A stretch of 64,000 bases of DNA from Phyllobates terribilis (Eukaryota). The stretch covers positions 231,322,001-231,386,000 of the forward strand of contig NW_027362762.1 in assembly GCF_046119375.1 (NCBI RefSeq), given 5' to 3'. Each line of letters opens with the position of its first letter. The stretch's first letter is position 1. The position numbers and the translations under genes were made by a program. Positions 11,981 to 23,589 of the stretch are shown one piece after another. The notes under the pieces were generated by a model. That model did not search any database and had not been told where the DNA came from. It saw only the letters and a list, made by a program, of their open reading frames with translations.

Positions 11981-14649
11981 TTAAACGTGGTTGAAGGGAA
12001 GGGAATAAAAAGTATTAATTAAAAATTAGAATTCTAGGATCTAATGGAAGAAAGGAAAGACTGGTAGTTAAATACTTTCCATTTTAACAGCTATCATGTT
12101 GAACCCTTGGACCAGAGGAGATGAAGGCCACTCAGATGTCTTTGCCTTGGGCACCAAGAAAGCTTAGGGCTATAGAATAAGTGTGTTAGTATACGAAAAT
12201 AATTTTCATGATACTGTTCATAATTTGTCACTGGCAAAGGAAATCAAAAATTGTTTAACGTTCTAAGGTTGTGATAAATTTGCAATTCATTCATCTCTTG
12301 TTTCAGTACATGCAGTAAATATCTAAAGTATTGTATAAAGTATGTGTAAACTGTAAAAGCCAAATAATTGAGCATTTTATAGGTAGTGAGTGGGGGTGTT
12401 AACCAAATTACACTCTGTTCTAATAACCCATAATTTTATTTAATGAGAAAATTATATAATTATGTGTGCCAAAGAGTAAACAACACATATAGGCCAAACT
12501 TCATAATATCTTACTTTTAGGTTTTTTTTGCTGTTTACCTGAAATTAATGTAACAAGCTTTAATAAAATATTCATAAACATTGTCATTGTCTCATAGCCA
12601 TGGGAGACGGGAACATATTTTGATCATAGCTTTTATACCGTATTTCAAAGCAAATGGCGTCTTTCATATTTAAGATTTTGTTTAATCAGCTCAGCGTGTT
12701 TCTATTGATAGAAAATAGTAAAATGCAGATGGAAGTTTGAAATTTTGTATGACATTTCCATGCCGTGATCTTCTTTTCATCAGAGAATGTAACACTGATT
12801 ACTGTTTCTTTTTTTTTTCCTTAACTAACGTTAAATATAAAGATCAGAATTTAAGAATTATATGTCATTTTCTTTCCATATTATTTTAAGTAATAAAGTA
12901 CTTTTTGCTCCCTTACACAATGTTTTAACATTTTTTAAATATATTATTATTTGAGGCATTTTTAAGATGAAAACATAGATGCCATATATGACAGATAGAA
13001 AAATTGTCCAGACCAATGAACATAAAAAGTTGAGGACTGTAAAGGTAATACACAAATGATTTATTTTTTTGAATTAGTACATGTAATATTAAAGAAAGAA
13101 ATAAATGTAAAGAAACAACAACAAAAAAATCAAAGTTTAAAATATTGGCTAAACAACAGATGTTCCTTCTGCTATATGGCATACACATTGCAGTTCAAGG
13201 ACCCTTTCTTGGGACTTCTGCCAAAACATTGGTTGATAGATAGTCTCAGCATGATGATAAAAATGAAGTATACTTTATCATGTATGCTGGTGATGGTTAA
13301 AGTAGGAATTTAAAAATCAGAATGTTTGACTAATGTTTGCCTTTGTATCTTATTTCTCAATAGCTCTACTTTGTTAGACTTGCCAATTAGGAGTCTTCAT
13401 TTTTACAAATTGAGCGTTTCATTTTTCTCCTTATTTTAATATTCAAATATTGCAATGTATTTCTCTTCACATATCCATAAATAGGTTTGTTTAATCTTTT
13501 CATAAACATGAATGTTTGGCAGCTTGATATACAGGATTACAAGTAATACATAATAACAAAAGTTTACTTTTTATTTTTTTATATATATGTACTTACATGT
13601 ATCAAAATTATATTTTCAAAAAGCAATAGTGCCATTTTTTACTCTTCTATGATCAAAGATCAAATCACTGTATACAGTATCTATTCTCCTCAACATTGAA
13701 ACACCAAGAAAGAAAAATGGGGAATTATAGAAATCACATGATTGTTGGACATATTAATGATATGCAAATCATGAAAAAATGAAACAAAAATTATTAATCT
13801 ATCTCAATTTGTTAAGTATCAGTATTATTTGCTTCAGTAGAGATAAGAAAATGTATTTCAATGAAATAGAGTTCTCCATTTTTTTGGAATTTGCTGCATG
13901 CAAATTCTGTAAAATGGCAGCCAGCTGCGCCTCCATTTCACTGACCCATAGAGGACTAGGCAAATGTTTTAAAAAATAAAAATACTAACCTCACAGATAC
14001 CCAATTTCCCTGTCCCGCAGCACATTGTCCATTCTTCTGCACCTCTTCTCTTTGATTTCCCTCATCACTCACATTCTCTTTTGAATCTTCACTCCCAGCC
14101 AAGTGTTCCACTTGGCTAAGGCCTCGGACATCATTGTGAGACATGCCATTGCGACAAAGTGCCATGATGTCACAATGTTACAATGTGCATTACCCAATTG
14201 ATGGCACAGCACGTAGTGATGTCCATTATAAACCTTGTCGAGCAGCTAGCTATGGCCTGCAGTAAAGAAGGCCAAAGAGAATGAGTGAATGAGTGTGATG
14301 GGGGAAGAAGAAAAGAAGAGGTGCTGTTGATCAGACAACTGGCTGTGGTGATGATGGGGCAGGTGAGCCGTGAAATGAGTATTATTTTTTTTCTCCTATT
14401 TTTATAGAAGTCTGGAGAGACAGCAGACCATAACACGGAAAATTAAATTTGCAGATAAAAACTTTGCTGCAAATCGAATTTTAATGTAAAATCCATGTGA
14501 TTTTCCAAATTTGAATCTTAGCATATCCGATCAACTCAAGAAAAGAGTATGTGTACCACTAGCAGAAATACACAAATTTACATAGAATAATACTGTAATA
14601 AGATAGCAGGATTCTAATAATAGTAACGATATCAAACAGTTACATTTAA

Positions 14650-14768
14650 AGTGGGGAAAAAATATTATTTAATCAGCCACCAATAGTGCAAGTTCTCCCA
14701 CTTAAAATGATGAGAGAGGCCTGTAATTGACATCATAGGTAGACCTCAACTATGAGAGACAAAATGAG
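14650..14768 (+). mobile_element. Tc1 terminal-repeat fragment
   Basis: AGTGGGGAAAAAATATTATTTAATCAGCCACCAATAGTGCAAGTTCTCCCACTTAAAATGATGAGAGAGGCCTG is a common fish/amphibian Tc1 end type. Confidence 0.65.
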
Positions 14769-14789
14769 CTAACAACGGTCTTTATTCAA

Positions 14790-15210
14790 CATAGTTACTA
14801 TGTTACATAAGTTGGCATGCTAACAATGCAATCATTAATAGTTGTCTAAGGGAAGTTCTGTCACTATGAAAACACTTGGGCGTGCAAATTGTCAAGATCA
14901 GCTGCTGGCAGTTTTCTTTGCAATTGCTGACTAATGGTGTACTAGATGTGCTTGTTGGGAGACAATTCCGGAGACACTGCAGGTCAGGGTAGCACATTTA
15001 GGTCATACAAGCTGCTCACAATGGCACAAGAAACATGCAGCCTGGTGTTGTATTGAAAAATGGCTCCAGAGGCACTTTGTAGAAACAGGTGAACCACTGG
15101 TTCAATGACCAAATCAAAGTAATGCTGAGTAGTTAGTGTACCTGGAATGAAGACTAAGAGGTCCGGCTATCATACATTATTCTACCCCATACAATATTAC
15201 AGGGAGTGAT
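14790..15210 (-). pseudogene. Tc1-type transposase catalytic-domain fragment
   Basis: My minus translation: VWGRIMYDSRTSLVFIPGTLTTQHYFDLVIEPVV..GAIFQYN..LNVLP*PAVSPELSPNKHI* (decayed QQDN and WPxxSPDLSPIE motifs). Confidence 0.8.
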
Positions 15211-15989
15211 GTTCCCTCGTGAAGGTATCTTTATGGTGTTGCCTATGTTATCTCCAGATAAAGATCAGAGACTGGAACTGTATGCAAGTAGTGATGAGCT
15301 CGCATGCTCGCTACTGCTGGGTGCTCGCCCTAGGATCTCACTGCTCGAGATGCTAGGAGCTCGCCGAGTATTTCCGGGGTTGCTCGGCGGGAGCTCAGGT
15401 CCCCTCCCTGCATGTTTGGTGCTCTTTACAGACCAATGAATATGTAGAGGTTGCCTGCCACTCACTGTAATGCCACTGCCATGTTGGTTGTGGCATTACA
15501 GTAATTGGCTGGCCACACAGCATCATCAGGTCTATATCAGACCTGGCTCCGCCGTGCTCGTCACAGTCACTCTGGAATCAGACAGTGTAGGGAGAGGTTC
15601 TGCTGAGCTAGGGAGAGATTTGCTTTTTTCTAGTTAGTGTAGGTGTACCAAACTATATTAAAGACACATATCCAGCTCAACAAACAGTCCTTCTGAGGAC
15701 TAATCCATTTGCAGCGATATCAGGCAGGCAGGGTGTATAGGCAGGCATTGTATATAGCAGACTGCAGTGCACATAGCACAAGAGGCTCCATTCTAGTTCT
15801 GTCTGCTGCTGCTGTTAGATATTTCTAAAAATAGGCCCAGGTCTCAGGGGGCAGGAATAATTATTTTTTGGATCTTAATCCTCATTATTTGCTTAAAAAG
15901 CAATGCAGAGAACACCGTTGTTTGAGCCATTTGCTTGTTGGCACTGCAGAATACAGGCAGGTCCTTTCCATATTACAACGCTAAAAATC

Positions 15990-16481
15990 CAGCTATTTAA
16001 AACTGTGGTTTGTCGGTCACACGGATCCCATATAATTGTGCTGAAAATACTGCCATTTCTGGCATCCATTAAAAAAAATTTTCAGTGTGTCAGTGAAGCA
16101 ATTGACACTAGTTTGCTGTTCAAAATAATTACCTACGGGCCAGGTATTTAAAACTGTATTTTCTCCATCACATGGATCACATATACGTTTTCAGATAATA
16201 CTGCCATTTCTGGCATCCATTAAAAAAAAATTTCAGTGTGTCAGTGAAGCAATTGACACTAGTTTGCTGTTCAAAATAATTACCTACAAGCCAAGTATTT
16301 AAAACTGTGTTTTCTCAGTCACATGGATCACATATACGTTTTCAGATAATACTGCCATTTCTGGCATCCATTAAAAAAAAATTTCAGTGTGTCAGTGAAG
16401 CTATTGACACCAGTTTGCTGTTCAAAATAGTTTCCTACAGGTCAGGTATTTAAAACTGTGGTTTGTCCATCACACGGATCA
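15990..16481. repeat. 151-bp tandem array (about 3 copies) in the outer hAT 5' region
   Basis: TGCCATTTCTGGCATCCATTAAAAAAAA recurs at 16051, 16202 and 16353. Confidence 0.9.
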
Positions 16482-17399
16482 CACATAAGTAGAGATGAGC
16501 GTTGTTCGACTCGAACTGTTCGCCAATCTCAAATTCGAGCTGTTTTGGGCGGTGTTCGAGCCGTTCGGCGAACAAGAACGATTTGAAAAAAATTCGGCTG
16601 TTCGAGGTTATGCTCGATAACTGTTCGTGCACCAAAATCATAACTAGATTTTTTCTCAGTAATGATGAAAATTAATGTTAATACGCAGTTTGAGTGTACA
16701 GAGGGGCGGGGGGGAGGGGCAGGGGATGGATCTCTGCAGGAATAATGAAGATCTCTATTTTTTTTTTCTCTTTCCCGCATTTACAGTGGGGAGGTGCAAT
16801 CTGTCAGCCTATCAGCAGCGCACACACGGAGCGAAGTGCTTTTTTTCACACAAGCAAGGGCATGTGTCATTGGCAGTGTATGTCACATGTCCTTGCCCTA
16901 TAAGACCCAGCCATTTTCCCCGTCACCACCATTTTCTCACTGCTGCAGCTGCGTGTTAGACGGCACAGCTGTTGCTGTGTGCGCTATACCTTGTTAATTT
17001 CAAGCCAATTTTCGCACAAATCTACAGATAGCATGGGAGTAGGCAATAGTTCTGATTGCAGTCCTTTTAAGGACTAGGTTACAGCATTTCCTACGACTTT
17101 TATCAGGCAGGTCTGTGCTCTTAAATAGATAGGTTGTGGGAGTAAAGACTAATTGTAATTGCAGTTCTTTTCAGGACTAAGTTACATCTGTTCCTATCAG
17201 TTTTTGCCAGGCAGGTCTGTGCCAGTGCTGTGCAAGTTTTTTTCACAGCATTTGGCTAAATCTAGCAAAGCTAATCCTTTCTGGCCTATTGCAGAGTGTG
17301 TTAGTCAGTGGAGTAGCCTATCTGTGTTGCAAGCTACACCACCTGTGTATAGAATACCAATTTTTTTACTGCACCTAGTGAAGTAAAACCTTTTGGGCA

Positions 17400-19345
17400 T
17401 AGCATTATTCTATTAGTCCATCTATACTGACCTCCATAAGGTTGCAAATGGAATATAATTTTTTTCTGCATCTAGCCCTGAAAAAATATTTGGCCTTCTA
17501 GCTGTGTGTGGGACTTGTTCTATTAGTCCATCTATACTAACCTCCATCAGGTTGCAAATTGAATATCATTTTTTTCTGCATCTACCTCTGAAAAAATATT
17601 TGGGCTTCAAGCAGTGTGTGGGACTTGTTCTATTAGTCCATCTATACTGACCTCCATCAGGTTGCAAACTGAATATAATTTTTTTCTGAATTGAGCTCTG
17701 ATAAAATATTTGGCCTTCTAGCAGTGTGTGGGACTTGTTCTATTAGTCCATCTATACTGACCTCCATCAGGTTGCAAATTGAATGTCATTTTTTTCTGCA
17801 TCTAGCTCTGAAAAAATATTTGGCCTTCTAGCATTGTGTGGGACTTGCTTTATTAGTCCATCTATACTGACCTCCATCAGGTTGCAAACTGAATATAATT
17901 TTTTTCTGCATCTACCTCTGAAAAAATATTTGGGCTTCTAGCAGTGTGTGGGACTTGTTCTATTAGTCCATCTATACTGACCTCCATCAGGTTGCAAATT
18001 GAATATAATTTTTTTCCGCATCTAGCTCTGAAAAAATATTTGGCCTTCTAGCAGTGTGTGGGACTTGTTCTATTAGTCCATCTATACTGACCTCCATCAG
18101 GTTGCAAACTGAATATAAATATTTTCTGCATCTACCTCTGAAAAAATATTTGGGCTTCTAGCTGTGTGTGGGACTTGTTCTATTAGTCTATCTAAACTGA
18201 CCTCCATCAGGTTGCAAATTGAATATAATATTTTTCTGCATCTAGCTCTGAAAAATTGTTTGGCCTTCTAGCTGTGTGTGGGTCTTGTACTATTAGTCCA
18301 TCTATACTGACCTCCATCAGGTTGCAAATTGAATATAATATTTTTATGCATCTAGCTCTGAAAAAATATTTGACCTTCTAGCAGTGTGTGGGACTTGATC
18401 TATTAGTCCATCTATACTGACCTCCATCAGGTTGCAAACTGAATATAATTTTTTTCTGCATCTACCTCTGAAAAAATATTTGGGCTTCTAGCAGTGTGTG
18501 GGACTTGTTCTATTAGTCCATCTATACTGACCTCCATCAGGTTGCAAACTGAATATAATTTTTTTCTGCATCTAGCTCTGAATAAATATTTGGCCTTCTA
18601 GCAGTGTGTGTGACTTGTTCTATTAGTCCATCTATACTGACCTCCATCATGTTGCAAACTGAATATAATTTTTTTCTGCATCTACCTCTGAAAAAATATT
18701 TGGGCTTCTAGCTGTGTGTGGGACTTGTTCTATTAGTCCATCTATACTGACCTCCATCAGGTTGCAAATTGAATATAATATTTTTCTTCATCTAGCTCTG
18801 AAAATTTTTTTTGGCCTTCTAGCAGTGTGTGGGACTTGTTCTATTAGTCCATCTATACGGACCGCCATCAGGTTGCAAACTGAATATAATTTTTTTCTGC
18901 ATCTACCTCTGAAAAAATATTTGGCCTTCTAGCAGTGTTTGGGACTTGTTCTATTAGTCCATCTATACTGACCTCCATCAGGTTGCAAACTGAATATAAT
19001 TTTTTTCTGCATCTACCTCTGAAAAAATATTTGGGCTTCTAGCAGTGTGTGGGACTTGTTCTATTAGTCCATCTATACGGACCTCCATCAGGTTGCAAAT
19101 TGAATATAATATTTTTCTGAATCGAGCTCTGAAAAAATATTTGGGCTTCTAGCATTGTGTGGGACTTGTTATATTAGTCCATCTATACTGACCTCCATCA
19201 GGTTGCAAATTGAATATAATTTTTTTTATGCATCTAGCTCTGAAAAAATATTTGGCCTTCTAGCAGTGTGTGGGACTTGTTCTATTAGTCCATCTATACT
19301 GACCTCCATCAGGTTGCAAACTGAATATAATTTTTTTCTGCATCT
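17400..19345. repeat. 110-bp tandem array, 18 copies, upstream of the inner hAT transposase
   Basis: TATTAGTCCATCTATACTGACCTCCATCAGGTTGCAAA recurs at 17411, 17521, 17631, 17741 ... 19283. Confidence 0.95.
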
Positions 19346-19462
19346 AACCCAGACAATAGTTTTGGCCTAATACCATAGTTTGGCCACTCAGCTCTGCTCG
19401 GTTCACATCCATTATTTTTTTGTGCAAACAACTCCAGTGTTGTGAATTAGTTAACCACCAAA

Positions 19463-21769
19463 ATGAGTGGAAAAAGGCCTGCTGCTGGTGGAAAGGGGAA
19501 TAGGCGTGTTGGGAAGGGGAAAAAAGGTTGTGTCCGTGGATTAGGTGTTAAAGCAACAGTAACATCTGCAGAAGAAAGACCATCTTCCAGCAAAACTAAA
19601 ATGTCTACTTCTTTTAGCGGACAATGTGATAAGATCCCTTTCTTACGGCCACGTCAATCGCTACAAATTCCAGATGAGGCACTAAAACAGCAGGTGCTTC
19701 AACGGATATCAAGTGCTCCTTTAAGTAGGCTCTCCTCCACATCAACTTCAACATCACAAATACTCCAGTCCTCAGAGGTGTCACCCCAATTGCACTTGCT
19801 TCCACACAGCTCCCAAATCTCCAGCTGCCCGTCTGAGTATGAGGTAGAACAGATGGTTGAGTCTGCAGAGATGTTTGCTCATACTATAGCCTGGGAATCA
19901 GAGGTCGGCTCCAGCGCTTCTGTGAATCCAGACGAGGAAATGATCTGCACTGATGCCCAGAATCTTTATGAGTCGGATCCAGGACCAGACGCAGAAGGTT
20001 CTGACCATAATGTACACCCTCATTCCCAAACTGTAACTCCTGTTGGTGGAGACAATGAGGAAGACGATGATGAGACTCAAATACCTGATTGTAGCGACAA
20101 CTTTAGCTTTTTGTCAGGGCAGGAACAGGTTGGCTCTGAGGACGACGGGTGTGATAACACACAGGGTGATGATGATGAGTTTGGAGATCCCACTTACTGT
20201 CAACCCACAGTGAGCCAAGAGATGAGGTCAGCAGAGGAGGTGGAGGAGGATGCTAGTGACGACGAGGTCAGGTTGCGCCTTCCTGGACAGAGACGTAGTA
20301 CCGGAAGCACGTCAACAACTGCATCCTCAAACACAACTCTGCCTCTGACCACAAGTTGTGGTGGCTTTTCAGGTCGCATGGGTGCTAAGCCTTGCATAGC
20401 CTTGGCATTTTTTCAGATCGATAAAGATGACCCAACTCGTGTTATCTGTAACATTTGTCAACAAAAGCTTAGTAGAGGCCAAAAAATACATAGTTTGAGT
20501 ACTTCATGCATGAACCGGCAGATGGACATGAAGCATAAGTTGCAGTGGGAAGCTCACTGTGCTACAATGCCGGGCCAACCACCGTCTGCCCCATCTTGTG
20601 GATCTGCGGCCTCTTCATCCTCTGTGACTGGGTGGACAGCAGTCACACCTGTTTTGGGACTCAGACCTGCCACCGCTTTACCCGCAACAGCCAGTGTGAT
20701 GGGCAGGTCATCATTTTCTTTGGAGGTGGTAACACCAGCTGGTGTTGAGCGCTGTCCGACATCGATAGCACCACCTTTGGATCAAGGCAACCTAACATGT
20801 CTGCTTGCATCTTCCTCACAGTCCGGCAGTTTGCCGGGGACACCCTTATCAACCCCGGCTAAGCACAACAGCCAGCCCTCAGTCCATCAGATGTGGACAA
20901 GAAAAAGACCATTTCCTCCCAGCCATGAGAAAGCTAAGAGGTTGAATTTCACCATCTGCAGGCTCTTGGCTACAGAAATGCTGCCTTTCCGCCTGGTGGA
21001 CACAGAGGATTTTCGAGACCTTATGTCCGTCGCAGAGCCCCAGTACCAGATGCCCAGTCGGCACTACTTCTCAAAGAAAGGTGTGCCTGCGCTCCACCAG
21101 CATGTCGCACACAACATCACCGCTTCTTTGAGAAACTCTGTGTGTGACAGGGTGCATTTCACCACAGACACTTGGACGAGTAGGCATGGACAGGGGCGTT
21201 ACATGTCGATGACTGGGCACTGGGTAACTATGGTGACAGCAGTACAAGGAGCTGCTGTCCAAGTCTTGCATTCCCCACGAGTTGTGCGTCAATCCTCTTT
21301 ATGTCAAAGTTCCTCCACTGCTTCTGCCTCCTCAACCTCCTCTCGGTCCTCCACCTGCACCCAAAGCCTGTCTGGTCATGCCACAAGCTTTATAACTGCG
21401 CAGAAGGGATCCTGCACAACTCCTTACTATGCTGGCAGTAGGGCTCAACGTCATCAGGCAGTTTTTACTTTGAAATGTCTGGGAAATGTGAGTCACACAG
21501 CTGAGGAGTTGTGGTCAGCTCTGGAGAACCAATTTCATGAATGGTTGTCTGGACTGGACCTGAAACCAGGGAAGGCCGAGTGCGACAATGCTGCAAACCT
21601 GCGTGCGACCCTTCGCCGGGGCAATGTCACACACGTGCCTTGTATGGCTCACGTGTTGAACCTGGTTGTCCAGCAATTTTTAGCCCACTATCCAGGACTA
21701 GATGGCCTTCTGCAGAGGGCACGGTCGCTGTGTGCTCACTTCCGCCGTTCGCATCCCGCAGCTCAGTGA
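19463..21769 (+). pseudogene. hAT (Ac/ZBED-like) transposase, 768-aa open N-terminal part, C-terminus lost
   Basis: BED finger CNICQQKLSRG..MNRQMDMKH (first His changed to Gln), MLPFRLVD, HFTTDTWTS (D1), CDNAANL (D2), CMAHVLNLVV (CxxH). A stop at 21767 is followed by decayed HRLK*DVPT, and the hATC dimerisation domain is absent. Confidence 0.92.
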
Positions 21770-22179
21770 CTTACATCTCTACTGAAGTCGTTGGGCCAGC
21801 CACTTCACCGGCTAAAATGAGATGTGCCTACCCAGTGTGCAGTAATGATTCTATTAGGCCATCTATACTAAGCTCCACCAGATTTAAAATTACTAATCAT
21901 GTTTATCTGTATCTTGGCTGGAAAATGATTTGGGCTTTGTAGCAGTGTGCAGTACTGATTCTATTAGGCCATCTATACTAAGCTCCACCAGATTTAAAAT
22001 TAATAATAATTTTTAGCTGCATCTAGCCCGGAAAATAATTTTGGGGCTCCGAGATGCGCAAGACACATAAGTGCCTTCTTGCTGCATTACCTGCAACATG
22101 ACCCTCAGATTGTCAGAATTCGAAGTAATCCTGACTATTGGGTTGCCACACTCTTAGATCCCTCACACTCTTAGATCAA

Positions 22180-23536
22180 CCTTTTCATTTTAATAAAGAC
22201 CAAAAAAATGGTCATTTTTGAAATTATAAGCATTAGCAGGTTATTAGAAACTGAAGTCAAACAGTTTTCAACTCAAAACTTTATTCTAGGTGATGTTACA
22301 TTTGCACATAGGACCCCTTGTTCGAAAGGAGCTTCTGAACTCTCTCGTCCATTGAATTTGTCAGGTTTTGGATGGTTTCTGCTTCAATTGTTTTGCATGA
22401 GGACAGAATACCCTCCCAGAGCTGTTGCTTAGATGTGAACTGCCTCCCGCCATCATAGACACTCCTTTTGATGATGCTCCAGAGGTTCTGAATGGGGTAG
22501 AGGTCAGGGGAGCATGGGGGTCACACCATAAGTTTGTCCCCTTTTATGCCCATATCAGCCAGAGATGCAGATGTGTTATGTGCAGCATGAGACGGTGCAT
22601 TATCATGCATGAAAATGATCTTGTTGTGGAATAAACGGTTCTTCTTCTTGAACCATGGCAGGAAGTGCTGTTTGAGAAACTCCACATACATTATGGAGTT
22701 CATCTTTACCCCTTAAGGGATCCTAAAGGGGCTGACAATCTCTCTCCCCATGATTCCAGCCCAAAACATTACTCCACCTCCTCCTTGTTGGCGCTGTAGC
22801 CGTGTTTGCGTGGGGTGTCCATCAACCAGCCATCCTCCACTCCATCCATCTGGACCATCGAGCGTTGCACGGTACTCATCCGTGAACAAAACAGTTTTGA
22901 AATCAGTCTTCATGTAATGTTTGGCCCACTGGAGCCGTTTCTGCTTGTGTGCAGTGGATAGAGGAGGTCGACAGGATGGCGTACGCACAGCTGCAAACCT
23001 CTGAATGACCCTGAATCTTGTTGTTCGGGGGACGTTGGAGGCACCAGCAGCTTCAAAAACTTGTCTGCTGCTATGACAAGGCTTTTTTGACACAGCTCTT
23101 TTAACCTGACGTAATTGCCTGTAGGAAAGAGTCCTCAATTTGCCCTTATCAGCACGCACATGTGTGTACTGTGAATCAGCTACATACTTCTTGATTGCCA
23201 AGACTCTTCATCCTGATCATCGCACAATGTTGATTGTAGTCATGCCTTTACCTAAACTCTCCACAATTTGTTGTTTCTCAGCAGCCGACACATCCTTTTT
23301 CTTTCCCATTTTGGCAGAAAATGTACGCTGCTTAATAATGTGGGACAGCCTTCTTAAGTAGTCTTGCCGTTCATTGGACACACCTGCCAAACTAATTAGC
23401 ACAGGTGTCTGCAATTACTTACAGTGATATAAAGAGCCCTGTCACACATCACCATCAATGAGTTTAACTGACAAACAAACAAATTCTTCCCTTATCACTC
23501 CTAAACATTTTTTGCATAATAATTTGGAGCACAGTG
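22180..23536 (-). mobile_element. Tc1-like DD37E (TRT-type) transposon, decayed, one end truncated
   Basis: TIR CACTGTGCTCCAAATTATTATGCAAA plus TA at 23537-38. Peptides MGKKKDVSAAEKQQIV, VLFTDEYRATLDGPDGW, and HDNAPSHAA..KLMV*PPCSPDLYPIQN, with 37 residues between the second D and the (mutated) E position. Confidence 0.85.
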
Positions 23537-23589
23537 TACATGTGCTTTTCCACAAAACACCAGTGGTTCACGTAGTGAATCTTACAGTT

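Noticed and set aside
11595-14360. Shared 18-mer TGTGGTGATGATGGGGCA near 11595 and 14343
   Set aside because: Low complexity and the flanks do not align; probably coincidence.
13950-14440. GC-richer segment with ORFs and a CAG|GTGAGC donor
   Set aside because: Bounded by inverted AATACT.ACC / GAGTATT motifs typical of frog non-autonomous elements, and no clean open exon.
17400-19345. Regular array that could be mistaken for CRISPR; small ORFs 18714-18932 and 19155-19370
   Set aside because: Units are contiguous with no unique spacers, there are no cas genes, and the context is eukaryotic. The ORFs are by-products of the repeat.
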